DNA of 64,000 nt from Octopus sinensis. Taxonomy: Eukaryota. A program made the position numbers and the translations under genes. The DNA is taken from contig NW_021836309.1 in NCBI RefSeq assembly GCF_006345805.1, positions 2,922 through 66,921 on the forward strand, in the 5' to 3' direction. The notes below the pieces were generated by a model. The model had not been told where the DNA came from and ran no database searches. It saw nothing but the letters and a program-made list of their open reading frames with translations. Shown piece after piece: positions 58,022-64,000 of the stretch (the first letter of the stretch is position 1; every line of letters starts with the position of its first letter).

Positions 58022-58353
58022 TGTGTGTATGTATGTATGTATGCATGCATGTATGTATGTATGTATGTATGTGTGTATGTGTGTATGTATGTGTGTATAT
58101 ATGTATGCATGTATGTATGCATGTATGTATGTATATATGTAAGCATGTATGTATGTATGTGTGTATGTATGTATGTGTGTATGTTTGCATGTATGTATGC
58201 ATGTATGCATGTATGTATATATGAAAGCATGTATGTATGTATGTATGTATGTATGCATGTATGTATGCATGTATGTATGTATGTATGTATGTATGCATGT
58301 ATGTATGTATGTTTGTATGCCTGTATGTATGTATGTATGTATGTTTGTATGTA

Positions 58354-58385
<32 letters not shown>

Positions 58386-59215
58386 GGTATGCATGTATGT
58401 ATGTATTTATGTATGTATGTATGTATGTATGCATTTACGTATGTATGTATTTATGCATGTATGCGTGTATGTATGTATGTATGTATGTTTGCATGTATCG
58501 TATGTATGTACGTATGTATGCATGTATGTATGTATGTATGTGTGCATACATGCATGTATGTATGTATTTATGTATGTATGTACGCATGTATGTATGTATG
58601 TATGTATGTATGTATGCATGCATGTATGTCTGTATGTCTGTGTGTATGTGTGTACGTATGTATGTATGTATGTGTGTATGTACTTATGTATGCATGTATG
58701 TATGTATGTATGCATGTATGTATGTATGTATGTGTGTATGTATGTATGTATGTATGTGTGTGTCTATTATGTATGTGTGCATGTATGTGTGTATTTATGT
58801 ATGTATGTATGTATGTGTGTGTATGTATGTATGTATGTTTTATGTATGTATGTAAGTATGTGTATATGTATGTATGTATGTATGTGTGTATGTATGTATG
58901 TATGCATGTGTGTGTCTATTATGTATGTGTGTATGTGTGTATGTATGTATGTATGCATGTTTGTATGAATGTATGTGTGTATTTATGTATGTATGTATAT
59001 ATGCATGTATGTATGTATGTATGTATGAATGTATGTATGTGTGAGTGTATATAGGTATGCATGTATGTATGTATGTATGTATATATGCATGTATGTATGT
59101 ATGTATGCTTGCATGTATGTATGTATGTATGTATGTATGCATGTATGTATGTATGTATGTATGCATGTATGTATGTATGTATGTATGCATGTATGTATGT
59201 ATGTATGTATGTATG

Positions 59216-59249
<34 letters not shown>

Positions 59250-61158
59250 TGTATGTATATATGCATGTATGTATGTGGGGATGAATGTATGTATATATGT
59301 ATTTGTGTATGTATCTATGTATGTATGTATGCATGTATGTATGATTGTATGTATGTATGTTTGTATGTATGTATGTATGTATGTATGCATGCATGTATGT
59401 ATGGATGTGTGTATGTATGTATGTATGCATGTATGTATGTATGCTTGCATGTATGTATATATGTATGTGTGTATGTATGTATGTATGCATGTATGTATGT
59501 ATGTATGTATGTATGTATGTGTGTATGTATGTGTGTGTCTATTATATATGTGTGTATGTATGTAAGTATGTATGTGTATATGTATGTATGTAAGTATGTG
59601 CGTATGTGTGTATGTATGTATGTATGTATGTATGCATGTATGTGTGCATGTATGTATATGTGTAAGTATGTATGTACATGTGTATGTATCTATGTATGTA
59701 TGTGTGTGTCTATTATGTATGTGTGGATCTATGTGTGTATGTATGTATATATGCATGTGTGTATGTATGTATGTCTGTATGTATGTATATATGTATGTAT
59801 TTATGTATGTATGTATGTATGTGTGTATGTATGTATGCATGTATGTATGTATGTATATATGAGTATATGTATGTGTGTATGTATGTATGCATGTATGTAC
59901 GTATGCATGTATGTATGTATGTATGTATGTATGCATGTAAGTTTGTATATATGTATGCATGTGTGTATGTATGTAGGTATGTATGTATGTATGTATGTAT
60001 GTATGTATGTATGCATGCATGTATGTATGTATGTATGTATGTATGCATGTATGTATGTATGTATGTATGTATGTTTGTATGTATGCATGTATGTATATAT
60101 GTATGTATGTATGCATGTATGTATGTATGTATGTATGCATGTATGTATGTATGTATGTATGTATGCATGCATGTATGTATGTATGTATATATTTATGTAT
60201 GTATGTATGTAGGTATGCATGTATGTATATATGTATGTGTGTATGTATCAATGTATGTATGTATGCATGTATGTATGTATGTATGTATGTATGCATATAT
60301 GTATGTATGTATGTATGTATGCATGCATGTATGTATGTATGTATGTGTGTATGTATCTATGTGTGTATGTATGTATGTAGCATGTATGTATGTATGTATG
60401 CATGTATGTCATGTATTTATGTATGTATGTATGTATGTATGGTATGTATGTATGTAGTATGTATGTATATATGTATGTAATGTATTATGTATGTATGTGG
60501 TATGTATGTATGTCTGCATGTATGTAGGTATGCATGTATCATCTATGTGTGCATGTATGTATGTATGTATGTATTTGTATGTATGCATGTATGTATAGTA
60601 TGTATGAATGTATGTACGTATGCATGTATGTATGTGTGTATGTATGTATGTATGTATGAATGCATGAATGTATGTATGCATGTATGTATGTGTATGTATG
60701 TATGTATGTATGAATGCATGAATGTATGTATGCATGTATGTATGTATGTGTGTATGTATGTATGTATGTATGAATGTATGTATGTATGTATGTATGGTTG
60801 TATGTATGCATGTATGTATGTATGCATGTATGTATATATGTATGTATGAATGTATGTATGTATGTATGAATGAATGTATGTATGTATGTATGCATGTATG
60901 TATGTGTGTATGTGTGTATGTATGTATGTATGTATGTATGTATGGTTGTATGTATGCATGTATGTATGTATGCATGTATGTATGTATGTATGTATGTATG
61001 AATGTATGTATGTATGTATGCATGTATGTATGTGTGGTATGTATGTATGTATGTGTGTATGTATGTATTTATGTATGTATGTATGTATGTATGTATGTAT
61101 GCATGTATGTATATGTGTATGTATGTATGTATGTATGTATGTATGTGTGTGTGTGTCT
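12431..61158. repeat. Giant degenerate (TATG)n satellite-like array (~48.7 kb) with higher-order structure
   Basis: Continuous TATG with TGTG, CATG, TATA, TTTG, TAGG, TAAG, TACG, TCTA and GAAT variants. No non-repetitive insert was seen. Rare landmarks recur at kb-scale periods. Confidence 0.97.
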
Positions 61159-61339
61159 GATCAATTCAAAGAAACGAATAAAGCGAAAAGGAAATGGAGA
61201 AACGAATGTGAGACGTGCACATGAAAAGTATTACCTTGGGATTCGGTGAGAGGTGATTTTGACGTTTTGAGCATAGCGCTCTGTGGGAAAGGAGAAAGGG
61301 AAAGTCCGAAGACGGAGAAGAAATCACCCAATGGCACAC

Positions 61340-61345
<6 letters not shown>

Positions 61346-61396
<51 letters not shown>

Positions 61397-61454
61397 CATA
61401 TATATACATATATATATATTTTATATATATATATATTTTATATATATATATATA
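61346..61454. repeat. Interrupted (TA)n microsatellite
   Basis: Seen directly. Confidence 0.95.
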
Positions 61455-62329
61455 AATATCGAAATAAGCAACAGAACATTAAGTAGTAATGCAGTATGAA
61501 TGCTTGAAGCTTCTCCATTTAATTGAACAATGCAATCATTACCTCAATTTAAATATAGAACTATCTTTGGCTGTACAAAATACAGAATGTTTTAACAAGT
61601 AGGACACATTGATATAATTTTTCTTAAACATTTTAAGAGAGTAAGAAGTTGGAGGAAATTCTTATCATCGTTTTTGTAGCAGAGTGTCTAAGAATAGACT
61701 ACACTTTCTTGGAATCGCATGGCATAGTGGAGTTTTTTATGGTTACCAGGGTTTGTAATTCATTTCTAATGTATTTATCTCTTTATCATCTGATAAAACA
61801 AAAACTAGATGACTGTGTCTATTTTGAGTAAAGAACAAAAGTCGTCAGCTCACGGCCTGGTCACAAATAATTTCATAAGTATCCCTTTTCCTCAAGAGAA
61901 AGGAAGTAAGAGATTAGGAATAGTCAGATTGATGGAAGTAATTGTCTTTGAAAATAAAGGCAGGATAGGGGTGGACTAGGAAACATGATGTCCATTACCA
62001 GTTAAAGGGGCAAGATAGTAAGAGACTTAAGATACAAATACAGGGAATTTATTAGGGTCACGACGGGGGGACGTTTATAAACAATATTGATATGATGCAC
62101 AAAAATAAAATATAAGAATTCCAAATATCATAAGTAAAATAGCTAAAAGGTGTGCATGTATCTAAGTGTAAAGATAAAATTAAGCAGCAATGTCGATAAA
62201 AATTAGTCAGCAACGACTGCGCAAAATATTGGGTCCCATAAGACTTGAACATACATCCTCTCCACTCTATTCAAATGAGACGAACTAAGGTCAAATACCC
62301 AGTGCCAATAATGGTCGTAGGTTCGCGAA

Positions 62330-62720
62330 TGTGGGAGCACCACGATCTCAAGTGCAAGTGATCCCCAAATTGTTCAATGCTATTGCAGTGACGTCATCTT
62401 GGAAATCTCCAGCACGCATGCGCAGGGTTGGAGTCTTTCGGGAGACCTGTCAGAAGTTTACTCATGCGCATGCGCCAGCAGCTGAACAAACGGCGTGTTT
62501 TTATCAGCTCTCTCAAGCTGCTACCTCGTGGCGTATCTCCGCTATGCTTGAACGGAGAGGATTTGGCTCACTCCACTTGACTACCGCGATAAGCTCCTAG
62601 GCTGCCGATTCACCCAGAGGAAGAAATGTATATATTGCGAATCAAGAAATAAATATTTATACTTTTGAAGTTAATCGGAATTCTTGACTCTTTCCTTCGA
62701 TTAATCGAATTTAATGTAAA
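62330..62720. promoter_or_regulatory. CpG-rich patch with CRE and NRF1-like motifs; candidate promoter or solo LTR
   Basis: TGACGTCA at 62389-62396. (T)GCGCATGCGC-like motifs at 62413-62424 and 62465-62475. AATAAA at ~62648. A 14-bp palindrome ttcgattaatcgaa at 62696-62709. Confidence 0.3.
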
Positions 62721-62984
62721 GGATGCGAGCTGCACTCATCCAGCGCGGGGACCTCTCATCCTCTTACACTATTTTCGGCACATCCAGTTTTATAGCGAAA
62801 TGTTGTCTTAGAAACATGCTTTTAAATGTGAAGGTTGCTTCTTTCCCAGTGGGAAGCCCAGAATTTCTGAGGGACATGCACCTAGGTTCTTCTGTCCTTT
62901 TAACAGGTCTTATTTTCAGTTCTGCTGACTTTCTAGGAACACAACCTCCCCAGGCACCACCGAGTTGACGGCAACTAAACCGGT

Positions 62985-63090
62985 TCACACATACACACAC
63001 GCATGCATAGATACATACACACACGTACATACATGCATGCATACATACACACACGTACATACATACATACACAGACGCATGTATGTATAC

Positions 63091-63122
<32 letters not shown>

Positions 63123-63150
63123 ACAAAACATATATACTTTCATATACACA
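62985..63150. repeat. Compound (CA/CATA/TA)n microsatellite
   Basis: Seen directly. Confidence 0.9.
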
Positions 63151-64000
63151 TACCTAAACACAAAACAAAGGGGCAGCGGGTTAACATCAATCCAGATTGC
63201 CTGTCAATGTCGCATCGTATCCCTTGGGCAACATTTTTTAACCAGCAAGAGTCGAAGTGCATCCCTTGACCCAGTTTGCACATATGAGGCTGATAACATC
63301 ATAAGACTTGGAAGGCAGCTCTTTGAGCAACATTCCTTGTCCGATAACCTTAAATACATGTCCAAAGAAGTCGCACGACTCTACTGCAATCTATCATCAC
63401 ATGAATGGATGAGCTGATATGAGCAGAAGACATTGCGTGGATAAGTTTAGTAGAAAGCTCCAAGATAAGGTGACAGTAACGTTGATCCACAAACAATCTA
63501 TCATGGACCATGGCGGAATTACTAGCTTCCACTTCGCAGGGTATGTGATTGCAATCCACGAACAGGAAATATCAACCAAATGCCTGATACACAAAAGGGA
63601 AGAGATGCAGGGAAAGCAGTAAAATGACAACCGATGCCGACTTCGTAGAGTAAACACCGAAGATATCAACCACATCATAAGCAGTTGTCCAAAAATGTCA
63701 TCACAGGTATTATCTAGTGTTGAGAAATGATGTTGTATCTAGGAGACCCGATAATAAAAATCCGTCGGAAGTATAACCCGAGGAGAAAGAAGAACCCACA
63801 CTATGGTAGAAGCCATAGCCACTCATAATAAAAATGAGTACTAGTGGAATGTTTCAGTGAATACCTTAATAAATGTAAGAAGAACGGACCTGATATAAGG
63901 ATCTGGGATAGAAAAGGGAAACCAAACAGTTGTGGAAATTAGCTGCTCAGTGGATGTTAACATAAAGCTGAATCAGTGAAAATGAGAACGCCTATACTGG
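63151..64000 (+). mobile_element. Degenerate R4/Dong-like non-LTR retrotransposon C-terminal region (thumb, CCHC knuckle, RLE); continues beyond the window
   Basis: YLNTKQRGSGLTSIQIACQCRIVSL, FAGYVIAIHEQEISTK, DNRCRL(R)RVNTEDINHIISSC (second Cys mutated to Arg, 63635 onward), EY*WNVSV, PDIRIWDRK, VVEISCSVD. Multiple stops and frameshifts. Confidence 0.85.

Noticed and set aside
12431-61158. CRISPR-like or information-coding array (landmarks separated by variable spacers)
   Set aside because: The spacers are TATG derivatives that are duplicated in blocks, not unique sequences. No cas or other partner gene lies nearby. Nested duplication explains the pattern.
12431-61158. Telomeric repeat
   Set aside because: No TTAGGG-type unit, and the array is internal with complex sequence on both sides.
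12361-61249. Hundreds of long MYVC-/HTYI-repeat ORFs (up to 664 aa)
   Set aside because: TATG and CATA repeats contain no stop codon in any frame, so long overlapping ORFs on both strands are expected. There is no promoter, splice or domain evidence.
62331-63126. ORFs 62331..62600, 62723..62968 and 62764..63126
   Set aside because: Short, without recognisable domains, and partly microsatellite read-through. 62720-62980 remains unassigned.

Overview
Gene-free, repeat-dominated eukaryotic DNA. It is most likely from an octopus/cephalopod; this is inferred from SINE sequences I recognise from memory and from the (TATG)n load, and is not database-checked. I see no host protein-coding gene, RNA gene, CRISPR array or prokaryotic feature. 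Three zones: (1) 1-12,430 is a mosaic of (CATA)n microsatellites, locally duplicated and inverted Tc1-like transposon pieces, a mariner remnant, degenerate R4/Dong-, HERO- and possibly RTE-like LINE fragments, SINEs, and a young-looking CR1-type LINE 3' half whose (TAA)n tail hosts a second insertion. (2) 12,431-61,158 is one ~48.7-kb degenerate (TATG)n array. Rare variant motifs show that it is built from a ~200-bp monomer and nested kilobase-scale higher-order duplications (about 2.8-3.6, 6.3, 1.76/5.53, 2.3 and 7.2-7.3 kb) arranged in layers, with noisy patches that may be long-read errors. (3) 61,159-64,000 is unique-looking sequence, (TA)n, a CpG-rich promoter/LTR-like patch and the C-terminal part of a degenerate R4/Dong-like retrotransposon. 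Nearly all ORFs in the supplied track (MYVC/HTYI repeats) are artefacts of the stop-free tetranucleotide repeat. I did not find a convincing new biological system. The layered microsatellite-derived macrosatellite is the most interesting structure. All coordinates and alignments were read by eye and are approximate.
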